Of a DNA stretch of 64,000 nucleotides, positions 1-9,933 are shown in pieces. The notes beneath the pieces were generated by a model that worked only from the letters and a program-made list of their open reading frames with translations, was not told the origin of the DNA and ran no database searches. How positions within the stretch are numbered: the stretch's first letter is position 1; the number at the start of each line of letters is the position of its first letter. The position numbers and the translations under genes were made by a program. Source of the stretch: Rozella allomycis CSF55 (Eukaryota); the NCBI GenBank assembly GCA_000442015.1, contig KE561265.1:62001-126000 (forward strand), given 5' to 3'.

Positions 1-1095
1 GACGTTGTAGTTAAAGTTTTGAGACCATATTTAACACGAAAGATGCATTGGGAATTTAGTCTTCTTAGAAATATAGCAAAGAAGCATGGTATGATAAATA
101 TTGTAAATGAAATGATTCCATCGTTTGAGAAAGAATTAAGCTTTCTTCAAGAATACAAAAATGGAGTTGAAGGATTCAAATTATACAATGAAAGCAAGGG
201 GTCTTTAAAGAGTGTAAAATATTTTGATCCCAATGAAGTTATTGGGAGAGAGTTATCAGAAGAAGATATTCTCAACGTTTTAGTTTTGGAAAAAGCCCCT
301 GGGCATCCGTTATCAGAAATTTTGGAACATGATTTACCAATTGAAAAAGCTTGTTTTGTTATTAATTCCATTGCCAAATTCTTATCCAGGTGGTTTAGTG
401 TAGCGTTATTTGGGACTGGTTTCTTCCATGGTGATCCTCATGCTGGAAATGTTTTAATATCGTTTGATGGTGAATCTGAGCCGTTGTATACAGTTATTGA
501 TTTTGGAAATGCACAGAGAGTTGATAATGAAATATTCAAACCTACTTATATGAAGTTTGGATTGGCTGTTTTGGGTTCAAACACTAGAGATATCTTGAAT
601 GCGTTCAATTTTGAATCAATTCCAAAAGAAAGTGCAGAATACCCTGAATGGTTAAAATTGGAGTCGGAATTGAAAGAGAGATTTAATTCTGAAGAATACA
701 AAGAGATTGATGACGTTGAAGAAAAGTTTGATAAAATTGTTGAAATTATTGGGAAATACACCCATCTATCGTTTCCAAAGAAATCAATCGACTTTTTTAA
801 ATCTAAAATTTTGATTGAAAAACAATTTAAAATAGTTGCAGATGCAGTCGCCAAAAAGTCTGGATTTAAACCTCCAAACAAATTAACAGATGAACAGAAA
901 CAACGAATGTATCTCAACGAAGGAAAAAGAATATTGAAAGAAGCTAAATGTCCAATTCCCAGACTAATCGATATATTCAGAAGACCTGTAGTTACAGACG
1001 CGTTAAAGACAGCCGCAAAGTTACACCTTCCGAGTTTCTTTCAAGTTTACATTTGGCCAACTATAAAAAATGGAATCAATTATGCTCTTTCTTAA
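1..1095 (+). CDS. ABC1/UbiB (ADCK) family atypical kinase, 5'-truncated by the window edge, intronless in the visible part
   Basis: Frame open from base 1 (DVVVKVLRP, kinase VAxK-type lysine); catalytic FFHGDPHAGN and VIDFG motifs typical of ABC1/UbiB kinases; TAA at 1093-1095. Confidence 0.8.
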   Translation, partial: DVVVKVLRPYLTRKMHWEFSLLRNIAKKHGMINIVNEMIPSFEKELSFLQEYKNGVEGFKLYNESKGSLKSVKYFDPNEVIGRELSEEDILNVLVLEKAPGHPLSEILEHDLPIEKACFVINSIAKFLSRWFSVALFGTGFFHGDPHAGNVLISFDGESEPLYTVIDFGNAQRVDNEIFKPTYMKFGLAVLGSNTRDILNAFNFESIPKESAEYPEWLKLESELKERFNSEEYKEIDDVEEKFDKIVEIIGKYTHLSFPKKSIDFFKSKILIEKQFKIVADAVAKKSGFKPPNKLTDEQKQRMYLNEGKRILKEAKCPIPRLIDIFRRPVVTDALKTAAKLHLPSFFQVYIWPTIKNGINYALS

Positions 1096-1133
1096 ATTAA
1101 ATAGTAAAAATAAATCATTAAATAAATTTCTTT

Positions 1134-2288
1134 TTATTTACTCTTTTTTGGGCGCAATGGTGCTTCAACTATTTTTTGGTATTTTTCAGATAAAGAAACA
1201 TCGGGTTTAATATTTGCTAAAGATGGTCCATGAGTGAGTTTTATTGTTCCTGAAGGCATCAACAAAATCGTTGTGGCGAATTGAGCAACAATTTCGTTTT
1301 CTTTGTCAACTAAAACTTCGTATGGCAACAGCACGTTAGTCTTTAAACATTCAGTCAAGCCCAATCTCGCAATCTTTTCATCATCAAAAGATCTTTTAGA
1401 ATAAATGCTTTAGTTTACCTCAAAGAAAATGCCATCGTTCCAAATTCTTTGCTTACTTGACTGTACAAAGCTCTACTTGCCTTAATTTTAAGCATGTAGT
1501 TTTGATTTGACTTGCGGAAAATATTTGTTTTAAAATCACTCGCAGTTTTTACTTTTCCATCACCTGTTGTCACCAAAACATCTACATTGTAAATTTCATG
1601 CTCTTCAAACTTTGCTTCTTCATGTGCCTTGATTTGACTTGGATTGCTACACAATAAAATCGATTTATTTGAGGTTAAATTGTTTCTTTCAATCTTATGA
1701 GATAACATGCCTAATTAAATACATTATCTTCGACTACCTTCAACAACATTGCATTTAAACTCTTTGACTACATCATTAACTGCATGAGTGACTTGCACAT
1801 TTGAATTTCCAGGTCGGATAGTCCTGATAGCAACTTCAAGGGCATTATGTGCAGCTGCAATAACATTGGCCTTTCTTCCAGCTGCAACTTCATTTCCTAC
1901 AATAATGGTATGCGCGACCATAGCAGGAAAGCCATCGATATGCGCACCCATTTCTATTTTAACAACATCATTATTCTTCAATAAAATAGGAGCTTCCGTT
2001 TTCAACGGTGAAAAATGACAAACTACATTGTTCACAGAAATGCAAGTAGGCATGGCGATATCTTTTATCACAAGGCAAAATCTTTTTACTTTTTGAAATA
2101 TTTTTCTTGTTGTAGCACTTTTTCAACTCTTCTACAATGTATTGATCACCCAACACACATATATCATAAATAGAAGCACTCTCCACACACGCAGCTACAA
2201 CCTTTTCTAAAGCCCTGTTAACTATATCTGCTGCAGCAGTAAACTTTGTTATTACGGCTGGGTCAGTAAGTGCAGCTACCTCTTCCAT
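1134..2288 (-). CDS. PA2G4: PA2G4/Ebp1 (curved-DNA-binding protein 42 / Cdb4), inactive M24 peptidase fold; 3 short introns
   Basis: IAMPTCISVNNVVCHFSP, VKIEMGAHIDGF, GMLSH, LLPYEVL, VAQFATTILLMPSG motifs across ORFs 1971-2300, 1724-2071, 1415-1708, 1134-1364 joined by 26-28 nt GT-AG introns. Confidence 0.9.
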
Positions 2289-2470
2289 ATCAGTCAACAA
2301 GGGTCAAGTGACAACTGGCGAAATTGACTTTAAAATTTACGTTCGAGAACATTCGAATTTTTTTGAGGCCTGTGCCTAGAATAAATTTGACAGAAGATTT
2401 GAATTCTAAAAATAGAAAATCTTTTGCATGATTACGATGGATTCCAAAATACTCCGAACGGAAAAATACA

Positions 2471-3358
2471 ATGTCCACCATCAATGCTCACGTCGTTGAT
2501 CAGGTTCTTGGAGCTTCAATTGCGATGGGCGCCCACAATTTTTACATTTGCGTTAGGGTGGCAATGGAGAAAAAGACGAAATTGGAAGTTGCACAAGCTA
2601 TTGGATCATTCTTCCAGCTTATGAATCAAATCTGCGCCGTTATCACATTTACACAGTCAGCGACATCATTTTTCGGCTCTAATTGTCGCCCATTTTCAGA
2701 CTTTGCTAGTTTCAACTACTTTATATTTCAGCTCTTTTCAACTGCAGTGCTTATCTACCGCGCTACTTGCCTTGTCGCGAATACTCATCGCAAAAACATG
2801 CGAATAGGCTATGGAGTGTTCTTTCTCATTGGTTATGCTACAGTCATGTACTCGGTAATTATGAAAAAGGTAAAAATTAACGGTGATTCTTGTTCAACAT
2901 CCTTTGATGCTCCAACTAACAATGCTGGAAAGATTATCATCGCTGTTCTGTACATATTTCTCTTTATTACCTTCCTTATCCCTGCCATGAATCACATGAA
3001 GTCTGCAAGAACAGGTTTGGCAACAAATTACTTATTTAAGGTTTCTAGGAATGTTTCGTCTAGAATAATATTCGCAATTTTAGGTTACCTTATATCGGTT
3101 GTGTTATCCTACGCCGGAGTCTTTGGTCCATACTTTCAAGTCCAATTTACGATCCAAAATTACTGCGCGATTATAGCTTCCACTGCCTCTTTCACGACTA
3201 TGGCAAATGTAACAAACGATCAAAGCACAAATATGAAAACTAACAATGGAATTCATGCTTCGAAAAACTTGAATGATACTAACGCGAAACCCAAGGCTGT
3301 GACTTCAAGTAATGTTCTTTCTCAAGCATCAAAAACTGAAAATGCAACAAGCGTCTAA
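2471..3358 (+). CDS. Seven-transmembrane GPCR-like membrane protein (295 aa, intronless)
   Basis: Seven hydrophobic segments; Cys at the top of TM3 (SNCRP) and Cys in the loop after TM4 (DSCST); Arg at the end of TM3 (LIYRA); polar Ser/Thr/Asn-rich C-tail. Confidence 0.6.
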   Translation: MSTINAHVVDQVLGASIAMGAHNFYICVRVAMEKKTKLEVAQAIGSFFQLMNQICAVITFTQSATSFFGSNCRPFSDFASFNYFIFQLFSTAVLIYRATCLVANTHRKNMRIGYGVFFLIGYATVMYSVIMKKVKINGDSCSTSFDAPTNNAGKIIIAVLYIFLFITFLIPAMNHMKSARTGLATNYLFKVSRNVSSRIIFAILGYLISVVLSYAGVFGPYFQVQFTIQNYCAIIASTASFTTMANVTNDQSTNMKTNNGIHASKNLNDTNAKPKAVTSSNVLSQASKTENATSV

Positions 3359-3379
3359 TAAAATTGAGCATATGTAAAT

Positions 3380-4192
3380 TTATTTATCTAGATCATACAA
3401 AACTTGCATTTCTTTTTGAATCGCATTAGTGATCTCTATTCTTTTCATCACATCCGTGTAAGACGCAAATTGTTTTTCTGTTAATAGTTGATCTATTCTT
3501 AAAGGCTTCCCAAATCTACACACCACTGTTTTCCTTAGTTTAGGAAAAGTTTTGGTTAGTGGGTAAACATGTTCCATTCCTTTTCAAAGTGGGTAAAAGG
3601 TTTACCATGATGTATTATAGGTACTAGAATTGGATCCAACTTTGCTTCAAGAATCAATCTAGAGATTCCCCAACGAAGAGGGTGAATTCTTTGATCTTGA
3701 AAGACTTTTCCTCTCAGATCAAGAAAACTTAATTACCTTCTGGATAAATATGAACCCAACCACCTTTACACTATACTCTAAAGTTCTACCTTCATTGAGA
3801 ATTTTTAGTGCATCATCCATTCCTTTTTGGAAAATCCCCTTCCCTCTCTCAATCGGAATAACCTGGCCTCTAGAGAAAAACCAGCTTAAATGAGTATTCA
3901 TATATGTCAATTCTCTGGCCCCTAATGCAAACCGCAGTTTGTCAACATTAAGAATATTTGTCAATGGAAGCGCCGCCCACACAGTTGGATCGTCAATTGT
4001 GGAGTTATGATTAGAAAAGGTTATTAAGCATCTTCTAGGCATTTGTTGAATTGCATCCAATAAGTTTTCAATATCGACAACTTTGAACCTTTGCAATGAC
4101 ATGAAAATCTTTGAAGAAACACCAACGAGCCCACAAATTATTTTTCTTTGAAGTTTTGAGTAATGAAGATAAGGGGAAGCATAAGGGAACAT
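3380..4192 (-). CDS. TAZ1: Tafazzin (cardiolipin transacylase); 3 introns
   Basis: LITFSNHNSTIDDP (HxxxxD), FFSRGQVIPIERGKGIFQKGMD, spliced WVHIYPEGKV, LRWGISRLI, PIIHHGME. Confidence 0.92.
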
Positions 4193-4320
4193 TCAAATTA
4201 GTTTGTGAATTTGCAATCGCTATCCAACAGCAGCCACATTTGTTAATGTTAACTGGATTTAATTTCAAATTAAAAATAAAATCCCGTCATATAAATTAAC
4301 CTTTTATGATTTTATTTTAT

Positions 4321-4845
4321 CCTTACAATGGCACCAAACATTGACATTCTACCAAATTTCGCCCCCAACAAATTCGCTAGCGATATTTTGTTGACCACGG
4401 TCGTTGCATTCTACTGCATTCGTGGAATCATGGTAGTGAAGAAACCTTATCACACACACCACCCCAGTAGTCACTCCACATTACGCAATCCCTCTCATTT
4501 TGCTCATGACCGCAAGACAGCAGGAAAAATGCTTCATAAAGCTACATATGATGTGCGTCGTGCTCATCAAGAAACTAATAGAGAAAAAAATTAACCCTAT
4601 TCCGCGGTATACCATTACCTGGCAGTAGTATCCACCGTAGGTTTTATAGTTGCTGCCTCTGATTCGTCACTTCGGTCTCCGATGGAGCCAGCTTATGTGC
4701 TATGTGCATGGAAATTGGAAATCTCATATCAGGAAGATACATCCCGAATGGTGGAGTGGATCAGATCTCCTCAGAACTTCCATCCCACGCTAATTCCTAA
4801 AGAATTAAGATCACAGTCAAGTGATTAGGAAGAGCGAAACCCAAT
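4321..4845. ncRNA. Candidate structured non-coding RNA (unassigned; telomerase-RNA-like template octamer); alternatively a small ORF 4328-4594
   Basis: About 520 nt, GC-richer than spacers, no recognisable protein, several hairpins and long-range helices; TAACCCTA at 4592-4599. See finding. Confidence 0.3.
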
Positions 4846-4903
4846 TTATAAATTAATCCATTTTCATTCTTTTAAAAAAACTCAGCCACTCCACAGAAGA
4901 CGA

Positions 4904-6013
4904 ATGCAGTACTCTACGAGAAAAGTTTGGGTTCCATCCATACTAGATATAAATCAATATGATGAAATTTTTATCCTAATGCAGAATAAAAACGGACCTT
5001 GCCCATTGATCGCTATATGTACCAAGTCAAAAATTCTGTTACATTAGGCAACACACTTTCAATACGCAGAAGCATTATTTTTAGTAAAACGAGTTATTCT
5101 TTCGAAGATCTCACTTCAATTCTTGGTGAATTTCTTGTAAACTTGGTAAAATACATTACGTTCCGCATAGTAGTTAGAGAATGAATTAGATGAAAATAGA
5201 AAACGAAATCTCAGTGATACTTTAGGGTTACTCTCTAAACTTGAGGATGGTTTAGATATGAATGTTCGCTTCAGTTCTTGCGATTCATTTGAATTCACTG
5301 AAAATGTTTTACTATTTGAATCTTTCAAAATTAAATTGTACCACGGATGGGTCTGTGATAGGAACGACGAAGAAATATTCCAAATTTTATCACCTCTAAC
5401 ATACAATGAAGCGATTATTAGAACATTTGATTGTGATTCGCAGCCAAATGAAAATATTTCTAGTAAAATAACTATTTATTATTAATAAGATAGTATAATT
5501 AAGTCATTTATTGAGCAAACATCTTCACAACTTACAGAATATGGTATCCATTGCATAAGGAACATTGTTGAGCCAGGGGCGCCTTGTATTTTGTTTCGGA
5601 ATAATCATTTTTCTGTTCTTTATAAGCATCCAGATATCAAAGATAACATTTTTGCTCTTGTAACTGACATTGATTTATGTGAAACATATTGTGGAGTTGT
5701 TTGGGAAAATCTTGAAGTGAAGGAAGCTTCATTTTACAATTACCGGTTTGAATTGTTTACTCCTGAACAAATAGATCCGAATACTTTACATAATTTACTA
5801 AATGACATTAATGCAATTTTTGGCCAAGTATACAATCATGAAGCACTTGACCACGAAAACAATCATAAACTTCAAAACAATCATGAACTTCAAAACAATC
5901 ATGAACTTCAAAACAATCATGAACTTCAAAACAATCATGAATATCTTGGCCAAAAAATAATAGATGACAAAAAAGTAAATGAAAAGAAAAAGAAATCTTG
6001 TCTTATTCAATAA
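4904..6013 (+). CDS. MINDY-1/2 family K48 deubiquitinase with C-terminal CaaX; 3 introns
   Basis: MQNKNGPCPLIAICN (catalytic Cys), LYHGW, QLTEYG, FRNNHFS (catalytic His); ends in polybasic KKKKSCLIQ. Confidence 0.9.
5860..5941 (+). repeat. 18-bp coding tandem repeat (caatcatgaacttcaaaa), about 4.5 copies, encoding HELQNN
   Basis: Directly visible repeat; translation NHKLQNNHELQNNHELQNNHELQNNHE. Confidence 0.95.
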
Positions 6014-6031
6014 ACAAAAATTACATTTATT

Positions 6032-7950
6032 TCAATTTTCTTCCAAATCTCTTAACAATTCTTCTTCTAGTGATTCACCCAAGTCTATCCATTCTTCTTC
6101 TGGATGAGACCACCCGTCAATTGTGTTATCTTGAAAAGTTCCAGTAAAAGAAGAATCCCGTTTTCTTTTTGAATGATTTCTGCCACCCTCTTCATATCCA
6201 TCAGACCTTTAAAAAGTCAAATATTAAATCATTACGTTTGATCATTTGGATCGTCTGAATCATCGTGATCTCCTTCATAAATGTCATTCTGGAATGAATC
6301 AATTTCTCTGGTTGAAAATTCTTGGTCTGTTGACTCTTCATCTGATAAACTTTGTAATTTTGCCAAAGCTGTTTCATCAATTTCTGAAACAACTGACATC
6401 AAGTTTTCTCCTTGGTCTTCCCAACTATGTGCTTCGGTTGCTGATAAAGGTATAATTTCATCATTTTGTGGTATATTCATTGGTTTAAAATGATGGAATA
6501 GTTTTTCATCTTGTCGTTTGAAAGAATAAACAGATGAAAATAACCATTCAATATCAACAATGTGAATATTCCCTAGTTTTCTTGCTTCAGCAACCTTTGC
6601 CGTCTTTGAATTTTTTGAAACTAAATGCGTTAAATCTTTTGAAATTTGCTTAAAACAATTCCCGCCAAAGGTTTCAACCAATTTCCAAACTCTTGATCGT
6701 TCTGGTTGAATCTCTAACGGAATTATTGAGCTAAAAGCGATATTGCAATTTTTTAATACGTTTTCTTTCATTTCTGTTAAAATATCCTTTTCATTATTCT
6801 GTAATTTATTTACCATTACGGAAACATTGTCTGATTTGGAGTTGTAGAATTGCGAGTGAACTTTATTCAGAATTTTCAAAATATTATTCGACAATTCTGT
6901 ATCTTCATCTNTATTCGACAATTCTGTATCTTTATCTTTTAACTTGGCTTGTTTAATTTGGTTGGCATCTGACTCTTGATTTTCATTGCCCGCCAATTTT
7001 TCTGGCGCGTTGATGTCGCCAATTCCTTCAAAGAAGAAATCTTTTCGCTTTAAGATAAATATATTTACATGGCCTAACCGGTATTAAATTTGGTGATCCA
7101 TTCCAAACATCCTCACGATCATCAATAATCACTACTTTCGAAACATCAAAAGGAAATAATCGATGCAACGCTTTCTGAGTAAAACTACCGCTGTCATCTC
7201 GAGACAAAATTCTTTGCTGGAAGTATTTATATTCCTTGTCCAAAATATTCGCTATTTTATGGGCATATGCTCTTGTCCCCATGGTGTAAATATGCAACTC
7301 ATATTTCTTTGACACCTCTTTAATAAATTCTAATGCATTGGGTCTCAATTTAACATAATATATGTTATATGGATCATCTGATAAGGTAAATTGATGGATG
7401 TCCTATCATTTTACACAAGAAAATATACTTTGGAATATTCATGATTAGGATTCTCTTTATCACTGAACCAATTCTCTATGCTCCTATCATTTGTGGCATG
7501 AACAATAGTTTGGTCCAAATCAACAACGAGAATCAGCTTCTTTTCCCTTGTTAATTGTTCATGATGAGTTTGGGCCAACTTTTTCATTTCCTATCGTATA
7601 AAAAATCATTTTCTACCCTCTCATCAACCTGAAGCATGGAAGCAGTATGTAGCGGATTAAATGTCTCGCGTTTTTCCAACTCATCAGACATGTTCTTTCC
7701 ACAAACAACGCAGAGGCACCCATATAGCGTACCATGCTCACATAGTTCAAAATTTATTTCACTATAAATTGAAGATTTATTTATTACTATTTGATATATT
7801 TTTAACAATTCCATCAAATGGAGCCAATTTTGTTGAACCACTTACATGTAACGGTCTAGTAAGTGGTTCATTTTTATTCACTTGCTGTCCTTTACGAACG
7901 CAAATCTCTTCATTCTCTGGTGATATCAAAATATTCACCTTTTTTGACAT
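6032..7950 (-). CDS. FCP1: RNA polymerase II CTD phosphatase Fcp1 (FCPH + BRCT)
   Basis: CEHGTLYGCLCVVCG, LVVDLDQTIVHAT (DxDxT), ELHIYTMGTRAYA, RILSRDDSG, VVIIDDREDVW, BRCT THLV...IVDIEWL; acidic tail. Confidence 0.92.
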
Positions 7951-8033
7951 GCCAAAATGTGGCTAGGTGGTGATGCAGAGTGTAGGCACGAAAGAAGGTA
8001 ACAACCGCAAAATATATTCAGTATAAAAAGTCT

Positions 8034-9065
8034 TTATTGCATTAAAAATTCAAGTGAATTTTCGTAATCCGCATCACAAGAAACCAATGCTTCCTTGATC
8101 TTGTGTGCATCAAACCCATATTCCAGCAATTTCGTGTATGACGTTAGATATTGTCTAGGTTTCTCAATTCCTGGAATGTGATCAAATAATTCAATGGAGT
8201 CTTTAACTACATTGGCGGCTATTTTATATTTCTTAAATTCATCGAACAGACTAGCGAAAAGTTGTTGCTTGGCATAGTTGTCTTTATATACTTTTTGGGC
8301 TAAAATTTCTGATTCTGTTAAAGATTTTGGAGGTGATGATGACATTTGATGCTGGTTAGTTGGCCTTGTAGGAGGAGCAGTTGTGCTGGATGGTCTTGGA
8401 GGCAAAGGAGGTTGTTGGTAGACATCTTGTGACTTTGATCGTTTATTGGGAGCAACAGGGTTACCTATTTAATTTGTTTTCAAGATTTACTTGAAGAAGT
8501 GATATCTCCTTGAGAGTGTTGCCGTGGTCTTGCTGGAACTTGAGGTTTGAGTTTGGCTTCACTAATGTTGCAATTACTGCCAAGAACATGTGATAGTTCT
8601 TTTAAATCATCTTTCGGAACATCCTTTAATCATATTTTCCAAAAGATATTACCCAAGGATCGGGTTGCTGAAGGCCTGGTTCGAATTCTGAATAGTCGAT
8701 CTATAGTTAGCAAAAAATAAAGAGTATACCTTGTCCGTGTTATTTTTCTTTGTATTCATTAAATTATCTTTAATTCCGGTCGCTGGAATCGGCGTTAAAA
8801 CATTACTTCCAATTTTCAAGGAAGGCCCACCTTCTTTTGATTGTTTTTCGTACTCTTGTAATAACTTTCTTTCAAGGTCACAATTAATGTTGGTGCACCA
8901 GATTATTCAAGTTTAAAGTATTTACCAAGGAATCCAACTGTTTTGGAGTATAATCAATAGGTATTAACTGATGTCAAGAGAAGTTTAATAAATTACTGGC
9001 TCGATGTAATATTTCGATGATATCTTTAGTTTTATACCCGAAACGGCTGTGTAAACACTGCTCAT
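8034..9065 (-). CDS. UBAP1-like ESCRT-I subunit (UMA-like N-terminus, Pro-rich linker, C-terminal UBA)
   Basis: Spliced product has CDLERKLL, DYSEFEPG...DPWD..DDLKELSHVL (resembling UBAP1 DFE..DPFD..ELRNIL) and C-terminal LLEYGFDAHKIKEAL...LEFL UBA. Confidence 0.6.
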
Positions 9066-9142
9066 TATTATCACACGTTCAAATTGAAAATTTCAGAAAT
9101 AAACAATTGACTTTTATTACAATCCTTCTAAAGATACGACAT

Positions 9143-9775
9143 TCAAACTGTGTTTGTTCTACCAAAGGTGTATGATAAATTGATTGATCTAATATTTCTG
9201 GCTTCATCGTCATAAAGTAATTCTGGATCCAGATAAAAGAACACTGGCATATCGACTCTTTCACCTGGTTTAAGTACCTGTTCTTCAAAGCAAAAGCATT
9301 GAATCTTATTAAAGTATGGCGCAACTTCACCGGGCGTAACGGTGTATATAGCAATCCCAGACATTTCCTTGTCCGTTGGATTATGCGCTTCGAAAAAAGT
9401 CAGGGCAGTTTGGCCGGGATAAACTGTCAGAAACTTTTGCTTGGATTTGAATGTCCAAGGCAAAGTGTGATCTGTGAGAGCAGTGAAATTGACTTGATAG
9501 GGTCTAGCTTCTAGAATAGGGACCATTCGCGATGGATCTGATATGCGCTCGTAATCTTTGTTGCTGAGACCGAATAAACCGGTTGTGTTGCAGAATGCTT
9601 CGAATAGAGGGATGATTGACCATGCCATTCCGCAGCCGATGATTGCACCAGAGAGGCAGTATAGGAACATGTCTTGTCTTTTGTGATGTATGGGATTGGA
9701 TTTGTTGAATTGTGTTCGGTGGTATGTAGAGTATGTTTTTGTGAAAGAATTGAAAGATTGACAGAATCGTCGCAT
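9143..9775 (-). CDS. COX11: Cytochrome c oxidase copper chaperone Cox11
   Basis: YFNKIQCFCFEEQ copper motif, FCNTTG after a TM segment, VDMPVFFYLDP, LSYTF; N-terminal presequence-like segment. Confidence 0.96.
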   Translation of the reverse strand: MRRFCQSFNSFTKTYSTYHRTQFNKSNPIHHKRQDMFLYCLSGAIIGCGMAWSIIPLFEAFCNTTGLFGLSNKDYERISDPSRMVPILEARPYQVNFTALTDHTLPWTFKSKQKFLTVYPGQTALTFFEAHNPTDKEMSGIAIYTVTPGEVAPYFNKIQCFCFEEQVLKPGERVDMPVFFYLDPELLYDDEARNIRSINLSYTFGRTNTV

Positions 9776-9933
9776 TTTAAACGGATTATGAAAAATCGAA
9801 TTCTATGTGATAGTCGAAATCATCATATTTAACCATAAAGAATAAAACTATACATTTTTGTAAAATAATAACGATTTATTTTAATTTTGAGTGATTTTGC
9901 CTTTTTGTGAAACCGACCCCTGCAGAAAAAATA

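Noticed and set aside
4609-4630. U1 snRNA-like 5' end (ATTACCTGGCAG), with ATCAGGAAG at about 4728
   Set aside because: No U1-70K loop at the expected distance, no AUUGCAC loop II and no properly placed Sm site.
4768-4785. RNase P CR-I-like GGAAGTTCTGAG on the minus strand
   Set aside because: No complementary CR-V strand to form P4 was found downstream.
5860-5941. Short direct repeats as a CRISPR array
   Set aside because: Head-to-tail 18-mers with no spacers, in frame within a eukaryotic CDS.
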